DNA of 64,000 nt from a virus. The stretch is taken from the IMG/VR virus record IMGVR_UViG_3300042922_000661, positions 31,174 through 95,173 of that record; one strand, written 5' to 3'. Shown one piece after another: positions 1 through 9,706 of the stretch (within the stretch, counting starts at the first letter, position 1; every line of letters begins with the position of its first letter). The notes below the pieces were generated by a model. It did no database searches. It was given only the letters and a program-made list of their open reading frames with translations, and was not told the origin of the DNA. Made by a program: the position numbers and the translations under genes.

Positions 1-558
1 CAGCTTGACCATATCCTTCATGCAGAATTTACCGCGGGCGCACCAGACCAGTGCGCCATGGTCTTCTGCCATCTGGCGCAGCACGCCGGACGGCTTCTCG
101 CCCATATTCAGGTGATAGGTCATCGCTTTGCGGAAAGCGTCAGCCTCAATCGTCATTGGACCGGCAAACTCTGTCATCACGTCGCCTGGCTGGCGATCGG
201 CATACAGACGCACGCGGGCTGAAGGAGTTTTGAGGCGCTTTAAATCTGCTGATACGGCGATGATGCGCACTACGTCACCGCTGGCGGGCGCGGACGTCAC
301 GAAAAACGTCTCTTTGTACGCGCCGCGCTGCCCGGTCGGATCGCCCAACTCAGCCACCAGCGTAGCGCCGTGGCGTGCGCCCATTTCATCCACCAGCTTT
401 CCTGCTGGATCGTGTACCTCAAGCACCAGCAGCGGCGCAGTCAGGGAAGTCTTCTCAATGTAGAGTGCCGACGTTACCCAGCTACGCGGCATTTCCCCGC
501 CGTTGATGGTCACGGATTGCAGAAAGTACTGCATGGCTGTTTTTTGCTGATCAGCCAT
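1..558 (-). CDS. P1 gp6-like baseplate/tail protein (3' end runs off the window)
   Basis: Hand-translated open frame MADQQKTAMQYFLQSVTINGGEMPRSW... absent from the ORF track because it is truncated. Its ATG overlaps the upstream stop (TGATG). Position fits the P1 order 5-6-24-7-25-26. Confidence 0.7.
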   Translation of the reverse strand, partial: MADQQKTAMQYFLQSVTINGGEMPRSWVTSALYIEKTSLTAPLLVLEVHDPAGKLVDEMGARHGATLVAELGDPTGQRGAYKETFFVTSAPASGDVVRIIAVSADLKRLKTPSARVRLYADRQPGDVMTEFAGPMTIEADAFRKAMTYHLNMGEKPSGVLRQMAEDHGALVWCARGKFCMKDMVKL

Positions 559-1331
559 CAGTTGCCCTCCGGTGCCAGCTGGGTGTCATGACGGACGCTG
601 CGGGCTGTGACCTCATGCGCGGTCAGCACATCCACCATGACGATCATGGACGCCTGACAGGCGTAAATGCGCTCCTGTGTGAACGGCGGCGACATATCGC
701 TGAACATGATGGATTTAGCATCCTGAATGCTGCAGTTGATCTCAACAGGCCAGCGAACCAGCTTTTCATGTGCAATGAAGTTGGTTGCGAGGCGGGATCG
801 GAAGTTCGCGGCCAGCGTGTTGCACATCAGCGACAGCGTATCCTTGTCGCTGGCCAGCAGCGTGATTGAGTAGTTAAGCGAGGCCTGTGTGGCTTCAATC
901 TCCGCCAGTGGCATATTGTCCTGCGACTGGTCGGTAAAGCTGCCGTACCGGTGGCGGTCAATCTCCTGATCGTTGTTGTCGTAGGTGATATCAAACCCAC
1001 GCGACAGGTTAATCAGCGGCAGGGCATCACGGTTCAGCTCCGGCATGTCCGACGCCTTCACGCTGCGGCGTCCGGCGCCCGCCTGGCGCACGGCGCGCAG
1101 AAACTCCATGACGTCATCAAATTTGCCGACGAAAACCCGATCTTCCGGTTTTCGCGCCAGGAATGAGGCGTAGCGCTGCTCATGCTGGCGCGGTTCCTCC
1201 TTTACGGCGCTGCTGAATACGTCATTCAGCGCCGTTGCTACGGCGGCATCGGCGGCGGTAAAGCCCGTACTCTCCACCTTGCCGGTACGTGTAGTCTTCC
1301 ATTCGCGGGTACGAGCAAGCAGCTGTTTCAT
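558..1331 (-). CDS. P1 gp24-like tail/baseplate protein
   Basis: 257 aa, translationally coupled; size and position match P1 gene 24. Confidence 0.7.
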   Translation of the reverse strand: MKQLLARTREWKTTRTGKVESTGFTAADAAVATALNDVFSSAVKEEPRQHEQRYASFLARKPEDRVFVGKFDDVMEFLRAVRQAGAGRRSVKASDMPELNRDALPLINLSRGFDITYDNNDQEIDRHRYGSFTDQSQDNMPLAEIEATQASLNYSITLLASDKDTLSLMCNTLAANFRSRLATNFIAHEKLVRWPVEINCSIQDAKSIMFSDMSPPFTQERIYACQASMIVMVDVLTAHEVTARSVRHDTQLAPEGN

Positions 1332-2089
1332 TCGATTCGTCCGTTGCTGGTGGTGTCAAAGTTGCGGGCAGGAATGCAGTAGTAAAGCGATCCGACGTTC
1401 TGCGTACCGAAGCCGTAAATGCGGTGGACGTACCACCAGCGACGCGCCAGATTGCCGCTGGCCATCTCTTCATTCCACTCAAGGATTGAGCCAACCGGCA
1501 CACCTTCAGCGGCAATACGCAAAATCAGCACGTCGTCGGTCAGCCCGTCCTGTTCGCTATCGGCATCGAGCACCTGGAAGCTCTCGCGCTCGTCCGGACA
1601 ATCCAGCACCGTGACAATGACCGGTTCGGCATCTTCATAGCTCAGGTGGCGCTGGTTATTGTTCAGCTCGGTAAACGACGGCTGTTCAAAACCGGTTTCG
1701 TCGTCAACCTCGCCCACATCGTGCATATCTGGCAGGTACAGCAGCGCCTGAAACGCGCTGAAATCGCTCTCTATCGCCTTAATCCAGTCACGGCGGACCA
1801 TGTTGTTAAATGGGGCGTGACCTTTGTAGCGCGGCTTCAGCGCCGTGCTCTGTTCGCGTGCGGCAAGTGTCTCCGGTAGCGGGGCGCTCAGCGGGTCATA
1901 ATCCTCACGGCTACCGCCGTCAGCGTCATCGGGTGGCGTGGCGGCGGACGTCGGGGCTGTGTCCAGATCGATAACCGCGTTGCTGCTGTCCGGCATATCT
2001 GCGGCGGGAGTGTGTTGCTCAGTTTCACTGCTGGTGGCCTCGTTGATCGTGGGGGGATTGTCAGCCAGAAATTCGTCGTAGCGTCCCAT
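1328..2089 (-). CDS. P1 gp7-like tail stability protein
   Basis: 253 aa, acidic N-terminus, C-terminal WWYVHRIYGFG..GSLYYCIP; synteny with P1 gene 7. Confidence 0.7.
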   Translation of the reverse strand: MGRYDEFLADNPPTINEATSSETEQHTPAADMPDSSNAVIDLDTAPTSAATPPDDADGGSREDYDPLSAPLPETLAAREQSTALKPRYKGHAPFNNMVRRDWIKAIESDFSAFQALLYLPDMHDVGEVDDETGFEQPSFTELNNNQRHLSYEDAEPVIVTVLDCPDERESFQVLDADSEQDGLTDDVLILRIAAEGVPVGSILEWNEEMASGNLARRWWYVHRIYGFGTQNVGSLYYCIPARNFDTTSNGRIE

Positions 2090-3306
2090 TACTGATTACC
2101 TGCTTTTGTCTGGTTCTTTGCGTATTCAATGAACATCTTTTCAGCCTGGGCGCGGGGTGTGCCGCTCAGCACCAAGACATCAATGAACGTCTGGCGCTGG
2201 ATCTTCGCCTGGTCGGCCAGCTGCTGACGCAGAAGGGCATTTTTAGCCTTTTCGTCCACCAGCTCGGCCTGCTTCTTAGCTGCACGGGCGCGCTCAGCTG
2301 CCGTCACCTTTTTGGCGCGTGTCAGTTGGCCGCGCAGTTTGTCGATCCGCCCGTCGTCGTTATCCAGCCGCTTAGCCAGCGCACCCATGCGCTTCTGATA
2401 CTTCTCATGCTCACGCTTAACGGCCGCGGCATTGGTCTGCGAACTGCGGTTACGGTTGAACTTAGCCTTGTCGGCGTCGGTGAAGTGCTCAGTGGTTTTG
2501 CGCGGATCGTCGCCATAGGCGTTGTTACCGGCGCTTTTGTGCAGTGCCTGGCCTATGCGCACCTGCCATGAGGCCGATTGCAGGCGAGTGAATGCATGAA
2601 TGACGTGCTTACAGGCGACGCCTTTCAGGTTCGGGTTTTTTTCTTTCGGGTAGGCATACTCTTTTGGCGGGGCAAGGGCAAAGTTGCCAGCTGTTGCAAT
2701 GTAGCGATACCAGTACTGGTGACGGCCACAATCGCAATCAAAAGAGACGCGGCCTGCGCAGAGGCGCTTAGCAACTTTGGCTGCGCTGTCTTTGGCATCG
2801 GTAACTTCCTCGATCAGCTGATCCCACTCTTCAAATCGGAATTTCACGCGGTGATGTTTATCCAGCGACACAGAGGACGCTTCCACACTCACCGTCAACA
2901 CGTTGTGTTTGAGCGTGGTGGGCGTGGCGCGCTTAATGCCAGATCCATCGTCTACGCGGTTGTTGGCGCGTTTAATGTCAATCTGCTGACTACTGGCCAC
3001 CAGCTGCGCATACGTGATACCTGCCTGGGAGGAATTGAATTGCTGACGTGCGCCGGCGCGGTTCGCCTCAAACCCTTTCAAATCCTCTTTCGTGTAGAAC
3101 GTGCCGGACTTCTTTTTGCCCAGGGCAATGATGTCGTCCAGCGCCTTGTTCTTCAGAGTCAGCGGATTGAGCGTGCGCCGCGCTATGCGCCGGGATTTAC
3201 GGCGGTCTTTATCGATCTGGTCGAATACGCGGGAGAACTCTTTGGAAGAAAGCCCCCTGGTTGAGTAGCGCCCCGATTCGGTGCGGGTAAACGGAGTATC
3301 AGCCAC
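2089..3306 (-). CDS. P1 gp25-like tail stability protein with SWIM-type Zn finger
   Basis: 405 aa; CDCGRH...CKH motif; C-terminal coiled coil; synteny. Confidence 0.75.
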   Translation of the reverse strand: MADTPFTRTESGRYSTRGLSSKEFSRVFDQIDKDRRKSRRIARRTLNPLTLKNKALDDIIALGKKKSGTFYTKEDLKGFEANRAGARQQFNSSQAGITYAQLVASSQQIDIKRANNRVDDGSGIKRATPTTLKHNVLTVSVEASSVSLDKHHRVKFRFEEWDQLIEEVTDAKDSAAKVAKRLCAGRVSFDCDCGRHQYWYRYIATAGNFALAPPKEYAYPKEKNPNLKGVACKHVIHAFTRLQSASWQVRIGQALHKSAGNNAYGDDPRKTTEHFTDADKAKFNRNRSSQTNAAAVKREHEKYQKRMGALAKRLDNDDGRIDKLRGQLTRAKKVTAAERARAAKKQAELVDEKAKNALLRQQLADQAKIQRQTFIDVLVLSGTPRAQAEKMFIEYAKNQTKAGNQ

Positions 3307-3631
3307 TGATCAGCTCCGGCTTTCCGCCAGCGAAGTCGCGTATGCGCCCGCGTATCCACGCCATATCCGGCAGGGAAAGCGTCTGGCCAGCTGGCAGCGG
3401 CTCCATTTCTGACTCTATTCCACACAACAGGCGGAATACCCAGCGCAGGTCTGCGTTTCCTTCATAGGCGCGGTATGCCGCCAGGTCAGCACGGAATATC
3501 TCGTCAAGGCGGATGGTGTAGTCGCTATTATCTTCGTGAAATGCGGCAGAGCGTTTGATCACTTCCTGGTGGAAGAGACTGCGCAGCACTACGTCACTGA
3601 TGGAACGATCGTCGAGGCGGTTATAACTCAC
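3299..3631 (-). CDS. P1 gp26-like baseplate protein (LysM/tail-X-like)
   Basis: 110 aa; YTIRLDEIFRADLAAYRAY...LPAGQTLSLP is a LysM-like pattern; synteny. Confidence 0.7.
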   Translation of the reverse strand: MSYNRLDDRSISDVVLRSLFHQEVIKRSAAFHEDNSDYTIRLDEIFRADLAAYRAYEGNADLRWVFRLLCGIESEMEPLPAGQTLSLPDMAWIRGRIRDFAGGKPELISG

Positions 3632-4281
3632 AGAATGCGTTCCTCGTCGCTGATGCGCTTTCCTGCCAGCGACTCCGGCACGTCCTCAACCGCTTTGAAC
3701 TTCTCATAGCCGATGATGCGTTTAAGGGAGTCCATAACGGACGGCTTCGCCTCAGCGGTCGCTGCTGTCATGGCATTGATGTAGTCCGCTGACGCCACGT
3801 TGTTGTAGCCCACAGCAAAACAGCACAAGATGGTGAGCACCTGCTCCGGGCGAATCTCGCGCCAGTTGATCCTGTAGACCTCTTCGCCGCTGGCGTTGTA
3901 TTCCACTTCAACAATGGTGTCGGGCAGTTCAAATGAACCTTTGTTCTCCACTGGCAGAGCAATATTGTCCTGCAGTAAGAGCTCGTTGTATCGCTCGATG
4001 CCGGTGATCACCGCTGCGCGTCCGTCACTTCCCCGCGTTTTGAGTGACACATGGTTGCCACCCACAGCATTTGCCACCTTGCCGGTGGCTTCATCCACCA
4101 GCACTTTAAAGCCCTGCTTACGCAGCGCTTCAACGTAGGGGGTAAGTTTGACCAGCTGCGCACGCATGCCTTTTGGCAGCTTCTGCGCTTTTGACATAAC
4201 GAGCGTGTGCTCTTCGTAAATGGCAGTGATCGCCATTGGCTGGTTGGTCGAAAGACTGATTACTGCAATTTTCTGTTTCAC
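3628..4281 (-). CDS. Phage late/morphogenesis protein, function unknown
   Basis: 217 aa; first gene behind the late promoter at 4411-4431; overlaps the next gene by 4 nt. Confidence 0.6.
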   Translation of the reverse strand: MKQKIAVISLSTNQPMAITAIYEEHTLVMSKAQKLPKGMRAQLVKLTPYVEALRKQGFKVLVDEATGKVANAVGGNHVSLKTRGSDGRAAVITGIERYNELLLQDNIALPVENKGSFELPDTIVEVEYNASGEEVYRINWREIRPEQVLTILCCFAVGYNNVASADYINAMTAATAEAKPSVMDSLKRIIGYEKFKAVEDVPESLAGKRISDEERIL

Positions 4282-4410
4282 GTCTGTACCCCTGAAAAGA
4301 CGAAAGGCCGCTAATAGCGGCCTCTCTGGCTTTTAACGTTCCCAACCGCGCGTTGCAGATTAGGTAAGTTGTCAAAAATTCCATCAGGGAACCGCTAACA
4401 GCTTGGGGCG

Positions 4411-4431
4411 ACTGTAAGCGGTTTGTACTTT
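4411..4431 (-). promoter_or_regulatory. Putative Lpa-dependent late promoter of the tail operon
   Basis: AAAGTACA-AACCGCT-TACAGT; same 8-7-6 layout as five other sites. Confidence 0.7.
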
Positions 4432-4466
4432 ACGAAGTTAGTGTCAATCACTCTTTTAGAATTTTT

Positions 4467-5333
4467 TTAAAAGCCAACTTCCTGCTCTTGTTGAGTCTTC
4501 TCAGCATTGATTTGGTCTACTTTACTACTCACTTTATCAAGCCAGTTGAAAAGCTCACCAACATACTGTTTTATTGCTTCTATGTATTCGTTAATCAAAG
4601 ACTCAGTAATTTTTATTTCCTTCCCATCTTTATCACGACCATTTCTATGAGCCACGTGATGTCTTAAGGCCATGGCTTTATTAATTTTTTTATTTACATC
4701 GTGAGGTATATTAAGTATATGCACGTTATGCACACCTAATATTTTAGCATAGTAAGTATTTACTTTTGGTATATTGTGATACAGCATTTCCGTTAATTGA
4801 TAGTGGATTTTTTCATCTATAAAATCAGTAGAATTTTTTCTTAAAACTTCATTCAGCGTGAATTTTTGAGTAGCCAGTTCATCTATTCCATTAATCGCAT
4901 TTTTCCTAAAGAAATCATCGGATAGAGTGACGTTTTTTAACATATCACCCAAACAAGATTCCATGAGGGTTACTGCATAAGAGAAACGCATCTTTAGGGC
5001 TATATCTATCAGGGTAGGATCTGAAGGTACAGGAAGGCTAAGTAGTTTATCTAGCTGATACTTGAATTCATAATAAAATTCGCTGAAATCATTTTCTTTT
5101 GACCAAACTATGTCATCTTCATAGAAATAACTAGCCTCATCAATATATAACTCTTCGTCTATCTCACCTTGCTCCATTTTTTTGTCATATAGCTCAGCAC
5201 ACTCCGCCCATTCATCAGAATCTTCTAATACTCCTTCAGCTAAATGTGCTTCAATCCAATTTCTTTTTTGTGTTTCTTCTAAATGGTCCATTATTCGATC
5301 TTTCGTTGCACCCATTAAACTATCCTTATCCAA
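4467..5333 (-). CDS. HEPN-domain protein (putative RNase/defence)
   Basis: 288 aa, AT-rich, RHHVAH (RxxxxH) motif near the C-terminus. Confidence 0.65.
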   Translation of the reverse strand: MDKDSLMGATKDRIMDHLEETQKRNWIEAHLAEGVLEDSDEWAECAELYDKKMEQGEIDEELYIDEASYFYEDDIVWSKENDFSEFYYEFKYQLDKLLSLPVPSDPTLIDIALKMRFSYAVTLMESCLGDMLKNVTLSDDFFRKNAINGIDELATQKFTLNEVLRKNSTDFIDEKIHYQLTEMLYHNIPKVNTYYAKILGVHNVHILNIPHDVNKKINKAMALRHHVAHRNGRDKDGKEIKITESLINEYIEAIKQYVGELFNWLDKVSSKVDQINAEKTQQEQEVGF

Positions 5334-5438
5334 TTATAAAGCCGCATTAGAGCAGTCTATGTAGCTACGACAATATTTAAACATTTGAGTTTTTCTTAAC
5401 ATTACTTTAAGTGATATCACCATAAAGGTCATCGGGAT

Positions 5439-6101
5439 TTAGCTAATGATCTCACTCAATCGAGTGATTCCTGCCAGTACATAGGCTTTAGCCATCAATT
5501 CCCTTTCCGTGCCGTTGTGCTTACTGAACTCTGACTTACCGCCAGTAATGCCGTCTGCATGCACCGGCACCAGCCAAGGGAACTCTGCCCGGATTGCTGC
5601 CGGTGCAGCATGCTGGTGGTGATTATTGCAAAGGGGGATTTGTAGCAAGTGTGCGCCGGGTTTGGTTCTGCCCTCGATGTGATGAAGGCTGATAATCGGT
5701 GATTCCTTTCCGTGTTGTAGGCAGGCAATGCAGGGGAGTTTACCCAAAGCATCCATAACCACTCGTTCCGCTGCGGTCGGTGTGCGTCCTTTAAGGCCTC
5801 TACTGGACGCGCTGACACGTGTTTGCCGCTTCGTTGCTGCTGGTGTGGGCTTTTTCTCTTTCAGACGTTCAGAAGCGCTCACAGCGCGTTTTACTGCTTT
5901 CAGCTTTTGCTCTGCTTTCCACTCCGGGGAGTTGCGGCGCTCAATTTGCCTCGCAAGCATTCTGCTGTTGCTGGCCTGCTGCTTCTCATACTGCTGCTGC
6001 CTATATTCTGGATCTGCCAGTTTGGTTGCGTGCCGCTCGCGCTGGCGCTGTTGCGCTCTGGACTGTTTTTCCCGTGCTACCTGATAATTTGCGGTTTCCA
6101 T
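5439..6101 (-). CDS. ref: Recombination enhancement function, RecA-dependent HNH nuclease
   Basis: Basic charged N-terminus, then CIAC...HHIEGRT...PLCNNHHQH; operator palindrome directly upstream, as for P1 ref. Confidence 0.85.
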   Translation of the reverse strand: METANYQVAREKQSRAQQRQRERHATKLADPEYRQQQYEKQQASNSRMLARQIERRNSPEWKAEQKLKAVKRAVSASERLKEKKPTPAATKRQTRVSASSRGLKGRTPTAAERVVMDALGKLPCIACLQHGKESPIISLHHIEGRTKPGAHLLQIPLCNNHHQHAAPAAIRAEFPWLVPVHADGITGGKSEFSKHNGTERELMAKAYVLAGITRLSEIIS

Positions 6102-6111
6102 GATTTAACCA

Positions 6112-6133
6112 AATCTAAAATATTTTTTAGATT
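6112..6133. promoter_or_regulatory. Putative C1 operator (palindromic form)
   Basis: AATCTAA-AATATTTT-TTAGATT, 11 bp upstream of ref. Confidence 0.65.
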
Positions 6134-6211
6134 GTTGATCACATCCGGTAATCAGTAAAGCACTATGAAATTGTCCACTGGTAATGGCTTATAGCTAATC
6201 TGCTCAAGGGG

Positions 6212-6432
6212 TTATCCACTTATCCACTGGATAGATCATATAAATCGATCCTATAGAGATCATATATAGATCAAATAAGATCACTGTTGCTACAACCCAA
6301 TGATTTTAATAGCAAATAATGCATTTTGCGTTGCTGGTTTCATGGTAAATGTTGTTGGTTTCATGGTAAATGTTGCTGGATTCATGGTGAATGTTGTTGG
6401 TTTCATGGTAGGGTGTTGCTGGTTTCATGGCA
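6212..6432 (+). other. Plasmid replication origin (oriR-like)
   Basis: Overlapping DnaA-like boxes TTATCCACT (6212, 6220); five GATC sites (6234, 6247, 6258, 6269, 6279); five iterons GTTG(C/T)TGG(T/A)TTCATGG at 6330, 6351, 6372, 6393, 6415. Same layout as P1 oriR. Confidence 0.9.
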
Positions 6433-6474
6433 GGACCCTAAATTACCCACATTGACCGAGAGAAGGCTCTTTCG

Positions 6475-7356
6475 ATGGAAAATGACGACGAAATCAAGAC
6501 GATAGGTGATGCTCTTGTATACAGCTCTGAGCAAGAAGAAAAAAGTTATACACTGACACCTACCTCTAATCGGACTGTCCAGCCGATCGCGTTGATGCGT
6601 TTGGGTGTATTTGTGCCTGCTGTTCGCAATAAGCCCCAGCGCGGTAATGCCGTTATCGATGCCTCCGCAGATTTCGGGCAGCTTGAAATCGCTAAAGCTG
6701 AGGGTTACACCAATATCATGATCAAGGGCAGCAGACTTGATATGAGCACTGATTTTAAGACATGGATTGGTGCTATCCGGGCGTTCAGCAAATATGGTGC
6801 TGATAGTAATCGCATTAAGTTACCATTTACCGAATTTGCGAAGCTATGCGGAATTGCCGTAGATGATATCAACCAGCGTTCGCGTGATCGCTTCTTCAAC
6901 TCCTTTCTAAGACTGGCCTCGCTTGTTATCTCGTTTAAAAACAAAGACGGCAGCAAGGTGACAATAACGCATCTGCTTAATAGCGCTCATTTTGACACTG
7001 AGAAGGACGTGATTACTTTGGAAGGGGATTCCCGACTATGGGAGCTTTATGCCTTCGATCACAAGGTATTACTGCAGTTAAAGGCTATCCAGGCACTGCC
7101 GCGTAAAGAGTCCGCCCAGGCGCTCTACGTCTACATCGAGAGCCTGCCTACTGGATTCCTTCAAGTGTCTCTGGAGCGCCTTCGTGATCGCCTCAACCTG
7201 AACTCCACTATCAGCACACAGAACAACGTCGTCCGTAAGGCCATGAAAGAGCTGGCTGACATTGGTTACTTGTCGTTTACGGAAGTTAAGAAGAATGGCG
7301 TGGTCTATTTCCAGATTCACTCACGTAAGCCTGACCTTCTGCCTAACAAAGAATAA
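6475..7356 (+). CDS. repA: Plasmid replication initiator RepA (P1/IncFIB-type)
   Basis: TVQPIALMRLGVFVP, GSRLDMSTDFKTW and ESAQALYVYIESLP motifs; flanked by iterons. Confidence 0.92.
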   Translation: MENDDEIKTIGDALVYSSEQEEKSYTLTPTSNRTVQPIALMRLGVFVPAVRNKPQRGNAVIDASADFGQLEIAKAEGYTNIMIKGSRLDMSTDFKTWIGAIRAFSKYGADSNRIKLPFTEFAKLCGIAVDDINQRSRDRFFNSFLRLASLVISFKNKDGSKVTITHLLNSAHFDTEKDVITLEGDSRLWELYAFDHKVLLQLKAIQALPRKESAQALYVYIESLPTGFLQVSLERLRDRLNLNSTISTQNNVVRKAMKELADIGYLSFTEVKKNGVVYFQIHSRKPDLLPNKE

Positions 7357-7358
7357 TC

Positions 7359-7832
7359 ATTGCTGGTTTCATGGCAGGTGTTGTTGGTTTCATGGCAGCA
7401 TTGCTGGAATACCGGCGATTAATGCTGGTGACTTGTGGTTTTAGAGTGTTTTTTGCTCGAAAGCCGCTTGTTACCATGAAACCAACAATATTTACTGTGA
7501 CATAGCCACCGAATTACCATGAAACCAGCAATGTCCCTAAGCACCTGACTAACTCACCATGAAACCAGCAACCGTCTTACTGCAGCGGCTATGTCAGTAA
7601 TAGTATGACGCTATGGCCGTGACTGAAGCAGGGGAAGGAGTATTGATGCCTCATGGTAAATGTTGCTGGTTTCATGGTTGGCGTTGCTGGTTTCATGATA
7701 AGCCCACCAACTGTGGCAGGTATTGAGCTTCATTCGAGGGGATAGGGGCTGTTTACCATGAATAGAGCAACGCCATAACAGGGTTTTTTGGCAACAATGA
7801 TTTAAGCAATATTAGCCATGAAACCAGCAATA
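7359..7832. repeat. incA-like copy-control iteron array
   Basis: About ten copies of TTG(C/T)TGGTTTCATGG in both orientations downstream of repA, some degenerate. Confidence 0.88.
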
Positions 7833-7934
7833 AGCTGGCTTAATTATTCTGATAAAAATAGAGAGCTACTCCCAACAAAAAAGCCTCCGAAAAGACTTTT
7901 TTGTTAGCCGAGAAGAGCAAAAGCGCAGAAGCGA

Positions 7935-8735
7935 CTATCTTGACTTAAAGGGATATCCAAACGGCTGTAATCCAGGCCAAGCTCTACCAGATAGAGAAGG
8001 ATGATCTGACGGATGCTCATCGTCTACCGCATGGATATTTATAGGCTCAATACGGCTCGTCTCAGGATTCTGCACATTCAGCGTCAAGCTGATTTTTGTG
8101 AGGTCAGCACCTTTAGCAATAGCCAGAGTTAGCTGATGTTCCAACTGTGATACAAGCGAATCTTTGGCTGCCATGTTCTCAGTATTGGATGTTGGAACAT
8201 ACGCTGCGGCCATGCGTTCGGCTAGAGTTGGCACGTTTAAAATCTGCCACAGCTTATCAGTTCTCTTTGATCCATATGGTATACCTAGCATGCCGGGCAA
8301 ATGTGCTTGAACACCTCGTAACACTTGAGCTTGACGACGTAGGTCGTCTATATTCAAAAACTGTGTAGTGAAATGATATTCTTCTTTCGAGGTTGCACCT
8401 TCTTCATCCTCTTCGCCTCGTTCGCTGCTCGTTAGGATGGAATACAAAGTTTGTGTGCTTAAAGCGTCAGTGTCGGTAATTAGTAAATCTTCCGGACTGA
8501 TAGTTTTCATCGTGCCAATAGGTATACCGTTAAGATCACTTCCTGATGCAGCATTTAGGGACGCTTCTTCTTTAGAATCAGGTTTAGTAGCCGCATTGAT
8601 CACTACAGCCATCTCGTCCATAGAGCGCTCTGCAGCTCTTTTTACGATATCTTGCGCCTGCGGCGATGCCTCTGGGCCAAACAGGTCCAGAAGCGAATAC
8701 TCATCAGGTGCAAAGGCTTCAGATTCAAATGACAT
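7935..8735 (-). CDS. Hypothetical acidic protein, downstream partner of the zeta-like kinase
   Basis: 266 aa, AGGAG RBS, starts 25 bp after the upstream stop. Confidence 0.6.
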   Translation of the reverse strand: MSFESEAFAPDEYSLLDLFGPEASPQAQDIVKRAAERSMDEMAVVINAATKPDSKEEASLNAASGSDLNGIPIGTMKTISPEDLLITDTDALSTQTLYSILTSSERGEEDEEGATSKEEYHFTTQFLNIDDLRRQAQVLRGVQAHLPGMLGIPYGSKRTDKLWQILNVPTLAERMAAAYVPTSNTENMAAKDSLVSQLEHQLTLAIAKGADLTKISLTLNVQNPETSRIEPINIHAVDDEHPSDHPSLSGRAWPGLQPFGYPFKSR

Positions 8736-8760
8736 ATAAACTCCTATAACTGGCTATTAA

Positions 8761-9480
8761 TTATACGCCTATATGTGCCAAGTCATCAATGCAAGTGTAA
8801 GGGCAATGATGGGAGTCAGCCCAGGTATCTTTTGTCACGTTTCGAATTGTCTCAATGCTGAAGCCCGTAGGATTGGCTGGTTCTCTATAACGACGGAAAA
8901 CGTTCAATGTGAATTGACCATCATACTTTTCAAGAACATGCTTTATAACTTTCCTGCCGTTGATAAAGTTATTCTTCAGCACAGCAAGTGGGACAACGCG
9001 TGATCTCTGCTGCGCGTATACCCAAGCAATTGCCGGATCTAGGTATACATAATTTAGGATTAATGTGTAACCAGCTGCGATAGCAGCATCAAAGTTACTA
9101 TCAGCGATACCTTTACTAGCAAACGTTGAGTCCATGATTATCTGATAGCGATTATCAAGAGCGCGAGCGTAAATGGCATTAACCATACTGGATGCAGGCT
9201 TTTGAAAGCAAACAGAATTTGCTTCGTTGTAATAGGGGAACCACCAGCGGAAATCATCGGCGTCAATACGGACAAAGTTCGTCTGCTTACCACCGAGGAT
9301 GACATTATTTATTAATTCAGTCTTTCCGGATGCAGGTGAGCCAGCCATAAAAACTATCCCGCGTGCGCCCTCATTGATAGGCTTTTTTTCTTTAGTCAGA
9401 TGGCTATATAAAACATCTTCTACAGCGTCTTTTACCTGTAGCCCCAGAGGCTCAAGCAAAGTTTTATCCATAAAATCCAT
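8761..9480 (-). CDS. Zeta-toxin-like P-loop kinase
   Basis: AGSPASGKT Walker A, RIDADDFR and IIMDSTF motifs; start moved to MDFMDK, which has an RBS. Confidence 0.75.
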   Translation of the reverse strand: MDFMDKTLLEPLGLQVKDAVEDVLYSHLTKEKKPINEGARGIVFMAGSPASGKTELINNVILGGKQTNFVRIDADDFRWWFPYYNEANSVCFQKPASSMVNAIYARALDNRYQIIMDSTFASKGIADSNFDAAIAAGYTLILNYVYLDPAIAWVYAQQRSRVVPLAVLKNNFINGRKVIKHVLEKYDGQFTLNVFRRYREPANPTGFSIETIRNVTKDTWADSHHCPYTCIDDLAHIGV

Positions 9481-9555
9481 GATTTCATCCTGACTGTGTG
9501 AATAGCTTAATATCGGCAAAAGTAGATATTTGTTCAAGTCGCTCGATTGAGAATA

Positions 9556-9580
9556 AAAAAAACCGCCCGAAGGCGGCTTC
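9556..9580 (-). terminator. Intrinsic terminator
   Basis: AAGCCGCC-TTCG-GGCGGTTTTTTT on the minus strand. Confidence 0.8.
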
Positions 9581-9583
9581 ATA

Positions 9584-9706
9584 TCAGTTGCTATGGATGA
9601 CTGTCACCGGCACGTGGATGTAGGTAATGATGTTCATACCTTCACCTCCGTTTGGGTGCAGTAATGCCACCAGCAACGACACAACGTAAAATGCTTTACG
9701 TGTCAT
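9584..9706 (-). CDS. 40-aa hydrophobic peptide (possible type I toxin)
   Basis: MTRKAFYVVSLLVALLHPNGGEGMNIITYIHVPVTVIHSN; AAGG RBS; terminator immediately after; long untranslated leader. Confidence 0.45.
   Translation of the reverse strand: MTRKAFYVVSLLVALLHPNGGEGMNIITYIHVPVTVIHSN

Noticed and set aside
6329-7832. Regular ~21-bp repeats resembling a CRISPR array
   Set aside because: No unique spacers, both orientations, flanking repA, no cas genes: these are iterons.
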